DNA of 64,000 bases from Harriotta raleighana (taxonomy: Eukaryota): the NCBI GenBank assembly GCA_050575255.1, contig JBNZDD010013727.1, positions 4,352,333 to 4,416,332 on the forward strand, given 5' to 3'. The translations under genes and the position numbers were made by a program. Of the stretch, positions 52,871 through 64,000 are shown piece by piece. The notes beneath the pieces were generated by a model that saw only the letters and a program-made list of their open reading frames with translations, was not told the DNA's origin and ran no database searches. Position 1 is the first letter of the stretch. Each line of letters starts with the position of its first letter.

Positions 52871-53769
52871 CTTGTCAATAATATTTTGCAAAATTCAATA
52901 CATTGTAGCATAGAAAGTTTGTCCCCTCAGCCCATGTGTTTCTTACTTATACAACATCATTTATTTAGATTTGTTAGAAGAACCCTGGATGCGTCTGGTC
53001 ATTGTTTCTCTTTCATTAAAAATGAATGACAATAGGCTATAACAGGGCTAAATTTAATTGTCACCATTCACCAAAATATCTGTTGTTGCTAAAATATTTA
53101 GTGATGATTACTGTGAATCCTTGGTTTAATTGGCGCAATGCAGGTTGTGAGATAATACTTCTTTGTTGCAGTTCATTGTAGGAATGTCCAATGGTGATTG
53201 GTCACAGTTTACCATTTTTCTTCCAAATTATACAGATTGATGATCGTGGTTGCTTGCTAATACTGCTCAATGAATGTCAGTACTATCAGTAAACTTCAGT
53301 TGATGAGACCACCTGTCGACACTGGGGCAGCAGGGAGAGTAATATAAATTCCTATTACATTGAACAAGATTTTGGATTCTTTTTCTTTGGTGTTTCTTTA
53401 ATGACACCTCCATGTGTCTGAACAATCGTTTTTGGATGTTAACAAAGCAAAAAAAGGACAATACATCTGACCTTTTGGCTCTGAGTATACTATGCACCAA
53501 CTTAGGTTGAATATAATTCATACATGTCACCACTTCCATTTTCTGTTACTGAAGGAATTCTGGTATTCTGCAGAATCCAATTATCTGAACTACCTTCTTT
53601 GCTGCATATTGGATATTTTGTATATCAAGTCAGCTCTTTGTTGTCAGTCAATGTTTGATACTGGAACTTTTGCTGAGAAGTTAAATTATTAAATATATAT
53701 ACTGCTGAGAGCTGGCAAACAGGCACACAAGAGCAGGCAAGTGCAAAGGAAACTAGGAGGCATTCGAGA

Positions 53770-54815
53770 AGAAGAACAAGAAGTGACAAATGCCCTGGAC
53801 CTGATGTATCCTAGGGTCTTAAAGGAAGTGGCCCATGAGAAAGTGGAGGCTTTGTGTCTGATCTTCCAAAACTCCTTGGATTCTGAATCGATTCTGGTTT
53901 CCATGGATTGGAAGATTGTAAACATCACACCACTATTTAAGAAGGGTGGGAAAGAAAAGATGGGAACTATAAACCAGATAGTCTGACATCGGTGGTAGGG
54001 AAAATTCTAAAATTCTTGATTAAGGATGTCGTAGTGGGGTACTTAGAGGATCACAACTAATTACCATCTACATCAACGATCTAGATGAGGATATCAAACT
54101 TAAAATATCCAAATTTGTGGATGACACTAAATTAGGAGGAAGAGTAAACACCAAGGATGACATTTTAAAAATGCAGCGCGATATAGATAAGCTAGGTGAG
54201 TGGGCAAGTAGATGGCAGATTAAATATAATGTAGGGAAGCGTGAAGTCATCCACCTAGGTGTAAAAACAGTAGAGCAGATTATTTTTTAGAAGAAGAGAG
54301 ACTAAATAGTGTTAGCATTCAGAGGGACTTGGGTGTTCTTGTACACCATTCACAAAAAGATAGTCTGCAAGTACAGCAAGCAATTAGAAAGGCTAACGGT
54401 ATGTTGGCATTCATTAGAAAAGGGTTAGAATATAAGAGTTGGGAAGTCTTGCTGCAACTGTGAGGGCCCTGGTGAGACCGCACCTGGAATATTGTGTCGA
54501 GTTTTGGTCTCCTTATTTAAGAAAGGATGTACTCGCCTTGGAAGGGGTACAGCATGGATTCACTAGTTGGTACTTGAGATGAGGGGGATGAGTTATGAGG
54601 ATAGGTTGAGCAATCTAGACCAATATTCTCTAGAATATAGAAGAATTAGAGGTGATCTTATAGAAACCTATAAGATTATTATGGGGCAAGACAGAGTAGA
54701 TAGTAGGAGACTATTTCCCTTGGTTGAAGAAACTATAACCAGGGGTCACATTCTTAAAATTAGGGGTCAGCCCTTTTGCACTGAGTTGAGAAAAAACTTC
54801 TTTACTCAGAGGGTA
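53770..54815 (+). mobile_element. CR1 LINE ORF2 fragment with internal deletion near 54060
   Basis: Translates YPRVLKEVA...[61 protein letters not shown] and YSLEYRRIRGDLIETYKI. Confidence 0.95.
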
Positions 54816-55990
54816 CTGAAGGTAAGGACCAAAATCTTGAATTGAATCCTCTGGGTGACAGAGAGCCAATGGAGTTGGGCGACAATGAGGGAGATGGGAT
54901 CACCTCCCGACATGAAAGGTGCTATACAAATGGAGTTTGTTGTTCAGGGGCAAGCCTGTGATAATTCTGAATGTGGTACATGAGAAGGTTGTGCAATAGT
55001 CTGAATAATGTTATTTATCTGGAGTACAACAATTTCACAATTCCAGTAGCTGACAATTGCACACTGTTCTTGTAATCAAAGACATTAATCATCGAAATGT
55101 ATCCTGCTCGTCAATACAATCCAATGCTTTATATCAGCTCATCAAGAAGGTAGACTGCAAGATTTTGCTAATGTGAGGTGTGCGCTCACAATTGTGCATG
55201 AAGATCCAGCTGATGCAACCTTGAGTATTGCAGACAAGATCGTAATTGACCCTGCTTGCATTGAATGCCCTTCTTTACATGAACCATTGCCATATGCTTT
55301 CCAGATATATCCCAGTGAATGTGCAAGTTGGAGTGGTTATTTTACTGATAGTATACAGTGTAGGCATTACTAAAGTTACTTTTGGTAGTGTTGGTGCCAC
55401 TGGTAAGTTATGATATATGTTTAATACAAGTGACTGATTGCTGCTCAGGAACTAGAAGTAACAATTTAGACAATTATTGGGGTAGAGACAATTAACTTAA
55501 GTGAGTGAATATGTCAATATTTCAAAACTCTTAATTCTCAGCGTTGGATCGGATTTTATGACCATCAACCACTTTAACATAACAGTATGTTTTTAAATCT
55601 ATTTGACAGAATTTCCAATATAAATGAATGTTTAACCTTACTCATATTTGAGGTGAACCATGAAGCAATACGAATCAGTTTCATTATTGTTGCTGGGTCC
55701 CTTGTGCTAAATTCATTGCATAAGTGCATTATTAAAAATTGATTCTTAAGAACATTCATAGGGAAAAATTCCTATGTTTCCAGAGGCAAAGTTAAGCCAC
55801 CTCCTTATAAGTACGTATAGTATATCAATGCAAGCAAACAGGAGTTAATGCATAAAATAATGCCAGATGCAAGAAAATCTATGTGATCTGCAATGGGACA
55901 AGTGAACAAGAAGATTTCATATCTGTGCATGAAATGAAAATAAAGATATAGCTTAGAAAAAAGAAACTGAACAAATAAACAACAAATATA

Positions 55991-56233
55991 AAACAAAAAC
56001 AGAAGTTGCTGGGGAAACTCAGCAGGTCAGGCAGCATCCAAGGAGAAAGAAAAGCGACGTTTCCGGTTCACGACCCTTCGAAGGGTCAGTTCTGGCCAGT
56101 TCTGACGAAGGGTCGTGGACCTGAAATGTTGACTCGCTTTCCTTTCTCCATGGATGCTGCCCGACCTGCTGACTTATCCTAGCAACTTCTGTTTTTGTTT
56201 CAGATTCTCAGCATCTGTAGTTTTTTGTGTTTT
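55991..56233. mobile_element. Palindromic Penelope-like non-autonomous element with hammerhead-ribozyme-like cores
   Basis: Arms 55991-56080 and 56106-56200 are long imperfect inverted repeats. CTGACGA-AGGGTCGTGGACCT-GAAATGTT lies at 56102-56130. Confidence 0.75.
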
Positions 56234-56308
56234 GTTAATAGTAAATATAGATGAACAAATCCAAATTCATGGACAAATAAAAAGCTGCATTGTATATCAA
56301 AATATATA

Positions 56309-56628
56309 CAGTAGATCCTCACTAAATGAGGGGGTTACGTTCCTGGAAAACAGCGTACTCGGTAAAATCGGGTTTGGTAAGCTTAATAAGTAATGAGAAA
56401 ATAGGGGTTAGGGGAATCCATCCACAGGCTATCCAACCTCAAGCCTCCAGGCACATCCACACCCGATCAACGCAAGGTAGTACTAAGATGGGCTACAGCT
56501 GACTGGCCCACTCTCCGCGCTCTTCCCTCTCTCTGCTCTCACTGACTCACTGGAGACAATAAAACAGCACCTTACACCACCACAGCTTGGCTAAATTATT
56601 TTACCTTTAGTCCTGGAAGTGTTAGTAG

Positions 56629-56663
<35 letters not shown>

Positions 56664-56959
56664 TCTGTTTACCATGCAATGCCATTAGGTTGCTTCGAGG
56701 CCAAGGAAAGTGTGTCCTCCCAAGTGTGCATTGCGTGCGGGGCCAGCGTCCTCCCAAATGCGCATGCGCATGGGGCCAGCCGAGGAATCATCGGACTTAG
56801 TCAGGAGCTGCCAACATCCTCCCAAATGCGTATGAGCGTGGGACCAGCCAGCACATATACACAAATTTTACTCACTTTACACAAAAAAGTGCCGCATTTA
56901 TTTCTTTGCATATAGGCAAATCTGTACTCGAGAAAGTCACGTTCAGCAAAGATTGACTG
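56309..56959. mobile_element. Tigger-like MITE
   Basis: TIRs CAGTAGATCCTCACTAAATG and CGTTCAGCAAAGATTGACTG, with TA on both flanks. Contains internal (CT)n and three ~33-bp repeats. Confidence 0.72.
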
Positions 56960-57953
56960 TATACTTAACCATAAAATATAGCTAGTCTTAAACTGCTTTG
57001 TTGAGGAAATAAAATTTTAATAACTCATATTTTCCAATGTTAGAATCTAAAAAGCAGTTATGTTTTATGGCTTCAAAAACATCTGGAAAATCATTGAATA
57101 AGGAGGGATTTTGTGTACAAGCTTGTGGATTGATACTCTTGTTACAAATTAAAGAAATATAAAAGAGAACATTTCCTTAAGTAGCAATTTACCACATATA
57201 TGTATGCAACACTTCACAGTAGTCTTAGATACACTATAAAAATGATTGATATTCAGTAGTTTCTGCCAACTCCCTCCATGACTCTTTGCTTCCAGACTCA
57301 TTGTTTGTTCCATTAACCCGTTTTGTTAGTAATGTACTGTATTTCCTTACATTTCTTCCCATCTAAAGGCTTTTCCACTTTTGTTTTCACCTATATTTCT
57401 CATAAACAGCTTTCCTAATCCTTGAACACCATAATTTAAATAACATTACATAGAGTGATACTGCATGGGCCATTTGCCCAACTAGTCTATGCTAATATTT
57501 ATACTCCACAAAAGTCCAACTAGTCCCAAAGTCCATTCCGCAGCCTTTCCTTAGCTGCACTCATGCCTAATTAGATGCTAAGTATCTTACTGACAGTTTG
57601 TTTTCTCTATCCCTCTAGAGGCGGCAAGTTAAAATATGTTTTCAAATGTCTCCAGCAATGTCAGCTGCCATTTTATTTCTGACTGTAGACGATCTGTGGC
57701 CCACACAGCTAGTGATGTGCTATTCATACTCTGAGCTATACAGATGATCCCCAGATATCAGGAAAGATCCAGTACCCATGCAAATAAGTCATCAATCATG
57801 ACATCAAAGCAAATACACATGTACGGATTTGTGCTCAGTTGATTGTTGCCAATAATCTACTGAAATTCACTTCATATCCAGAGTAACTGGAACAAATTCC
57901 ATAAATCAAGTGCCTTGGTATATTCTGAAATAATTTCGAATTCAACCAATTCT

Positions 57954-58264
57954 GCTCCTGTAGCTTAGTGGTTAGAGCACTCACCTTAAAGGGTGAGACC
58001 TGAGTTCGAATCCAGGCAGATCAGGGCGAAACCTTGGGCAAGTTTCCTTATATCCAATAATAATCCGTCTAAAAAAAACCACAATAATAAAAATTAGTCA
58101 TTTCAATCCATGACTGTTTGTGGGACACTGATCTGTGCAATTGGCTGCCACATTTCTCCCGCAAATATACAGTCAATTCATTTTACAGTAAATTCTATGA
58201 AACACTTTGAGATGTTGATAAGGTGTGAAAAGCGCTATATCAAATGCAAGGATTATTATTATTA
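57954..58264 (+). mobile_element. tRNA-headed Deu-type SINE, full length
   Basis: TAGCTTAGTGGTTAGAGC A-box, GTTCGAATCC B-box, Deu block and (TTA)n tail. Confidence 0.92.
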
Positions 58265-58377
58265 TAATATCCATACATTATGAAACTTGATAACAATTGT
58301 TAACAGAGACAATATCAACAGTTTCCTTTAGGTTCACATATTTCACACCACAATTTATTTATTGTGAAACAATATTC

Positions 58378-58790
58378 TAATAATCCACTTGATGTGCATC
58401 TTATCATGTAAAAATGTCTCAAATCAGTTTTCAAAGATTTCTATTAAGTGTAGTGACTATATATGTGTAGGTAAGATTCACATCCAATTTGCATTCAGCA
58501 ATTTCCCACAAACAGCCATAAATGACAAATTTTGAATCCAAGGAAATTTGGGCAGAACACCAGGAAAAACATACTTCTCTTTTAAAGTACTGCCATAGAA
58601 TGTGAGCATGTAGGCAGACCCCTGGTTTATTGTCTCATCCAAAGGATAGCATCTGCAACAATGCAGCTTTCCTCCAGCATTGTACTGAAGTGTCAGCTGA
58701 GAAAATGAGCTCAAAGTCTAAACATAAGGCTTGAACCCACAACCTACTGACTCAGCGGCAAATGTGTTAGTAACTAAGGCAAGCTGACAC
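58378..58790 (-). mobile_element. SacSINE1/AmnSINE-like Deu SINE, near full length
   Basis: Tail at left, then TCCCACAAACAGCC, GTCTCATCCAAAGGA, GTACTGAAGTGTCAGC and the head CTTGAACCCACAACCTACTGACTCAG...AAGCTGACAC. Confidence 0.78.
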
Positions 58791-60179
58791 ATATTGTCAA
58801 GGAAATATAATCTCAGGCAANATGCATTAAGACAGTTATATACTGTACTGCATTATGTGTTGTGTAACACATATGTGACACATTTAGCAGGAAAATCTTA
58901 AGGGTTGTATTGTGAATCTTTCACATATTCCCTGCCTCATTTTTTGTGTTCATAAGACCCAGGTGGCATATATTCAGACAGTTTGAATGGAAAATTCCAC
59001 CCCCACTCACCAAGAAAAGTTGTAAAAATGGGGAGGAAATGAAGTAAATGTGTTAATGAACAGAACTACTACAAGGAACAACAAAACATCACAGTATAGA
59101 TGAACAATAAACCTGCTTGATGCTAGATTTTTCATGTGCACAATCATCAGTTTATCAAAATGATTTTCCAATATGGATCAGGATAAATATGCTGTTACAT
59201 TATTTACAATATTCTGAATTTAATGTGAATAATTGAAAATAAATCTCTACAGACAGAATATCAGGTACAGAATATGGAGGACAGGATGTGACAGACAGGA
59301 TCCTATGGACAGGATACTAAGAACCTATGACAGGATAGACAGGATATTATGGGCTTATTTAGAACCAACTAAGAAAATAGCCAGCAGATTTGATACTTCA
59401 GGAATTTACTTTTGCAGTTTAGTTAAATTGGAGAGAACGCAATTTCCTTTCCTTCTATTCCTTAACCTTGAGTGAAGCCAGATTAACTTTACATACAGTA
59501 TATATAAGAGATAACCATATTGACCATGGAATCCTCACGTCCTTACAACTGCCATCTGCTAAAGTAGCCATTTGTACCCTCATTGAAAGTTTTGTTGTCA
59601 CTGAGAGAGCTATTCTCCTTTGGGGCTGCTGACTCTGCCTTGGACAATGTTGTTGTAGAATATTAATCCCAGACATGAAATTTGTGACTGAGTTTGTTAA
59701 GCTTGATACTTCTACCAACCAATCTTAAAAATATTACAATCATATCTACCAACAAGAGCAAACAAAATATATCATCTGACTCTGTTACTTCTAATTCGGA
59801 CAATAGCTTCAAGATGGAAGACATATAGCTAGGTTTTTGAATGTTGTAAACAGAGAGGAGTGAAATAGTTAAAGATTTTATATTTACACTTAAAATAATG
59901 CTTCACATACAAATTTACCTGGCACTGGTTTACAAGACCTGTTGCAAAAACTGCCTGATTGCTATGCACAGCATCACAGGCTAGCTGACAAATTCCTTTC
60001 AAACAATTCAAAGGTGGCACATCTCATAAAAGAACAGAAACTTTTCTAAAATTGCTGTATATTTAAAGCTAGGAAAAATGCGTTTTCACACATTTTATTG
60101 ATGACACCATCCAGTATTGTTGTCCCCATAAGTGCACCAGCTCTTCTTTCATATCTTATGCCACCATTTATGTTATTGT

Positions 60180-60790
60180 GTTACATAGTTACTGTATTAG
60201 GCATGGTGCAGAGATGCACATTTACATTGATGTAAATTTGCTTTCAACACGGATCATGTACAATGGATCAGGGAGGCAGAATGATGAAGGGATTGAATTA
60301 TGAAAGCATCAAAATAATTTTCTAAAATCTTCAAATGTTTCATTAATATGAGCATCCCTGTGTAGCCCTCGGTCATAGATGAAAGGAGAATGAAGCAAAG
60401 CCATGAACTGCAATACTGCAAATACCTGGAACTCACCCAGTCATCCTTCCATCAATGTCGAACAACAGATACACACAAAATGAACAAATCATGCATTGTT
60501 CCTGCAAAGTTTGCAGTGGCATGCATTATCCTGCCAGATGGTCATACATTATCTGCATATTAAGGAAGTGAAATCCTTCTCTTCTCAGGAACGCCATGGG
60601 ATTCATTGTCAGCATATACATTGCTATGTGGGTACAATCAATAACTCCTTGTACTTTGGGAATATCTGCCACATTGAAAAATTGATGCTGCCTTTCCAAT
60701 TGCTTCTGCTGGATGCAACTAAAATATATAATTAGAAGCTTTCGTTTAAACTTCTCCAGTCACCTGTTGAATGACGTATCACTAGAGATT
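60180..60790 (-). pseudogene. PIF/Harbinger (HARBI1-like) DDE transposase fossil
   Basis: Minus strand reads FFNVADIPKVQGVIDCTHIAM...AFLRREGFHFLNMQIMYD (IDCTH at 60628-60642). After a frameshift it reads IMHATANFAGTMHDLFIL. Stops and frameshifts are present. Confidence 0.85.
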
Positions 60791-61129
60791 ACAATGGCAT
60801 GAACTTTAAGCAGTTACAAGTTTTATTGCTATTAAGCGAACCTGTACTTACTGCTGATTTAACTGATAGATTTTCTTGACTAAGGTGATGCAACTTTATT
60901 GCTGCTTCTCTTAGTAACCTTATCTTCTAAAGGCACTGTTTTCACACCATTTTACAGCATCTTACAAATACCTAATAGCTCTCTACTTATGCTGGTACAT
61001 AATGACTACCACCCATCAACATTCAATGCAATCTGATTTTCCTCATTGATATAATCAGAGTTCTCCGTTTCTCTTCATCTTCCATATAAATATGATCAAT
61101 TGCTTGCACTCCATAATGATGAGGTAAAG

Positions 61130-61390
61130 CCTGGGAAAGGATGTTCACAGAACTATAGTAAACAGCAACTTACCAAGTAGCTTACTTATAAACCTCAAAC
61201 GTACCATCTCTGAACTATCATTAAGTGCTGAAGATAGTGTCAACAAATTCGAAAGGCAGTTAGACAAAGTTTGTCTCAGAAATTAATTGAAGGGAAAAGA
61301 GTTGAAGGAGTTCAGGATTATTTATGTTTACTTTTGAACCAACCAGATGGAGTGCAATGGTGTTTTCCAGTGCTCCACAATCCTATGTTC
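61130..61390 (+). mobile_element. Old CR1 3' end
   Basis: GAAGATAGTGTCAACAAATTCGAAAGGCAGTTAGACAAG and the tail-like CAATCCTATGTTC. Confidence 0.5.
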
Positions 61391-63109
61391 CAATTGGATG
61401 TCTTATCCACCACTGGTAAGGTAAGACAAAGTGAATTGAGTTGTCTCAGTTGTAAATTGTTGCAACCAAAAGACTGACTGAAGCACTTGCAATTCCGAAC
61501 ATGTGTCCCTAAATTATTGAGAGTGACATTCCTGTATTTATTTTAGCATCTGGAACTTCCCAGCCTCCATTATTGAATTGATTATTGAAAACAAAGAAGC
61601 TATTGAAGAGTTGTGCACCAGCCTTTGCTGCAGTATAAATAGTAATCATTCTTGGACAAGATCACCAGTGATTTCAGAATTCCAACAGATGTCTTCAGTG
61701 TCTGCCAGGAATGTTTTGATGTACAGCTGTTGCTGCTAATTTTATCAGTCACTGATTTTAGGTAACCCTGCTTTGTTTGGTTGCACATTTTATTTGTTGT
61801 CAAGTCTCTTCAAATGACCCTGTTACAATGTTTTTTATTGTCTCTGGCTTGCACGAAGGCCTCATTATAGCAGACAATGGTTAGTAGAGTTAAAAGACAA
61901 CTCCATGAATGTTCTTGCTGCCCATTTTTTCCCATTTTCAACCCGCTCCCTCACCCATCTGCAGTATCCCACTATTGCTAAACATTTCATCACAATTTGT
62001 CGTTATTAAAGGTCAGCTTCAGTGTCGACTATAGCAGTTCATCCAGTGAGTTTGATACTGAGAATGGTACTCATTATCCAGGAGGCTGCTGCGGGGAGGG
62101 GATAAATTGACAACTGTTGTCGCAAGTACATGTGCGATACTTAAACCCAGACCTGCTGATGGTAAAGCAAGTTAGCAAGCTAATCACTTGTACATTTAAC
62201 CTGCATGGTCCTAAATGTCTTCTCCACTCAGCATGTTAAGAAAAGCACATCATTCACAGATCATTTAATTGCCGTCAGTGGGGAAGCAGTGAGGATCATC
62301 CACCTCTTTATAGTGAAACAAGTGTGTTTGTGAAAAAATGTACACTGATTCATTTTCAGTTATGAATTGCAATTTTATTTTCAGACCATACACATTTCCC
62401 AACCACTGCAGATACACATTGTACAGCCCATCAACGTTAAATTACTTTGTTGACAACCAACCAGCAAATGCTGCTTGATATAGAGTGATGCACAGTTTTT
62501 CTTATTGCCTCCGTACTGTTACCTTCAGACATGAGAGGATTCCATATCTGGACATTATGGTAAGTGTTTCTGAAGGCAACTCCAATGCTGCATCCACACT
62601 GCAGGACATATACACTGTAGCATAGGGAAAACAGGGCTCCAAAATAAGTGTGGCAATAAACAGCTCAGTCCTGGGAACACGAGGATTCAGTTTACTCTTC
62701 TTAAATTGCCTCTATATCAATCTCAGCTAACATGGTTTGTTATCTGAAACATAGAATTTAGCACCTTAATCTCTAACATTTCCCCAGAGTTTATTCCATG
62801 AATATTCGCATTTTACATTTCTCCTCTTTCCAAGTATATAATTGAAAAAGATTCTCTATGCCTATGTTGGTTACACACTCCTACCGTCTGTTACCCTTTA
62901 ATTAATACTGTGGCATGAGTCACATAGCCGTTCAATTAGCATGCCGAAAAACAATTGTACCTAATCCACTCCCACACATTGGTGTTGCTCAGGTTGCTGA
63001 TGTTTCTTGTACCTTAAGGTTCTTTTTTCATAAATTTTTCAGCAGCAATTTAACTGCAATGAAATCCTTTTAAGGGACTTAACGAAAGACACACAAGTTA
63101 AAGATAAAA

Positions 63110-63250
63110 TCTATGGCTGATACTCCAATGCAATGTTGGAGGCACACTACAATGTCGGACATGTCATACTTTGGATGGCACATTAAAACTGAGGTCCCAT
63201 CCGCCTGTCCAGGTGCACGTTAAAGATTCCATGGCAGTATTTGAAAAGGG
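63110..63250 (+). mobile_element. SacSINE1-like SINE 5'/middle fragment
   Basis: GGCTGATACTCCAATGCAATG...TTAAAACTGAGGTCCC...TAAAGATTCCATGGCAGTATTTGAA. Confidence 0.65.
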
Positions 63251-63432
63251 ATGGAAGGATTATTACTATTATAAGGAAGGATTATTATTATTATAAGGTT
63301 AATAATGGCATTTCAATACCTCTATAGGCTATTTTCTTGCAAGGTTTCCCAATCACCCAAAATCTCTTGTGCAGATGTTTGTCAGGTTTGCTCTTTACCA
63401 CACTTTGCAGCCACCAGCTGCAGAGGAGTTCC

Positions 63433-63490
63433 ACAACAACAACAAAAAAATTACATTTATAGAGCGCCTTTCACGTCGGAAGGACGGATA
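63433..63490 (-). mobile_element. Solo L2-type tail
   Basis: (CAA)n, then TTACATTTATAGAGCGCCTTTCACGTCGGAAGGACG. Confidence 0.7.
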
Positions 63491-64000
63491 CACAGATTCC
63501 AAAGGGAGAAATTGTACACTTCTTTTCAGTGAACTCTGCAATTGACCACTACTACTTTTCTAGTGTTGCTGTTCATCATCAGGAAAACTTAAAAACAGTG
63601 CTTGGAATGGCAAAGTATGCAGTATTAGCTGGTTAGACTCTAGTAGTTCCCAACACACACTTTTGGGTCCCTAAGCCTTGGTTCTGGCCAACCTGTAGCT
63701 AATACTCTCCAGAATTAGGTAAGCAGGATGTCTCCCTCCAGGAAAAGAGTGCATAATCCATTCCAATAAATATCTCTAGAATTTCCACATGTAGATATAT
63801 ATAGAAATCTCAGTTTGTTTGGGATACTCTAGAGCAGGTTGATGGATGTCCATGTGTTTTATACGCCCAATTGGCCTACAGATTGTGGAATTTTGACCCC
63901 AACTGCCTTTATAGCAACAATCAAAACGTTCATGAGACATATTTACAGTCAGCCTTTGACCATCGTACCCCAGGTACCTGCTAGAGATCCCACTTGATTT

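Noticed and set aside
53310-53470. Possible minus-strand terminal exon (THGGVIKETPKKKNPKSCSM*)
   Set aside because: Weak acceptor, no recognisable homology, and not a valid CaaX ending.
55080-55400. Open frame resembling a hAT dimerisation region
   Set aside because: The motif match is too weak to support.
59250-59350. Degenerate ACAGGAT repeats
   Set aside because: Low-complexity slippage with no regular period or structure.
61015-61045. miR-181-like AACATTCAA
   Set aside because: Only the first ~9 nt match and no precursor hairpin is evident.

Overview
This window is AT-rich, repeat-dense, non-coding vertebrate DNA, either intronic or intergenic. The repeat mix suggests a cartilaginous fish, probably a chimaera such as Callorhinchus (inference). 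It includes many tRNA-headed Deu-type SINEs with L2-like tails, decayed L2 and CR1 LINE fragments, LF-SINE-like relics, Tigger-like MITEs, two Harbinger transposase fossils and a Penelope-type palindrome. I found no intact host protein-coding gene, and almost all ORFs in the track are spurious or TE-derived. The most notable items are a full-length U6 snRNA pseudogene with degenerate flanking direct repeats (23393-23499), a ~210-bp palindrome carrying minimal hammerhead-ribozyme cores (55991-56200), and a SINE/LINE 3' stem-loop whose loop type tracks with tail-repeat type. Modular SINE variants and a few unexplained exon-like or regulatory-like islands are also present. I see no convincing evidence of a wholly new multi-gene system. 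Single Ns, two of them flanked by duplicated sequence, point to collapsed assembly gaps. Family assignments come from recalled consensus motifs and by-eye alignment, and repeat boundaries are approximate.
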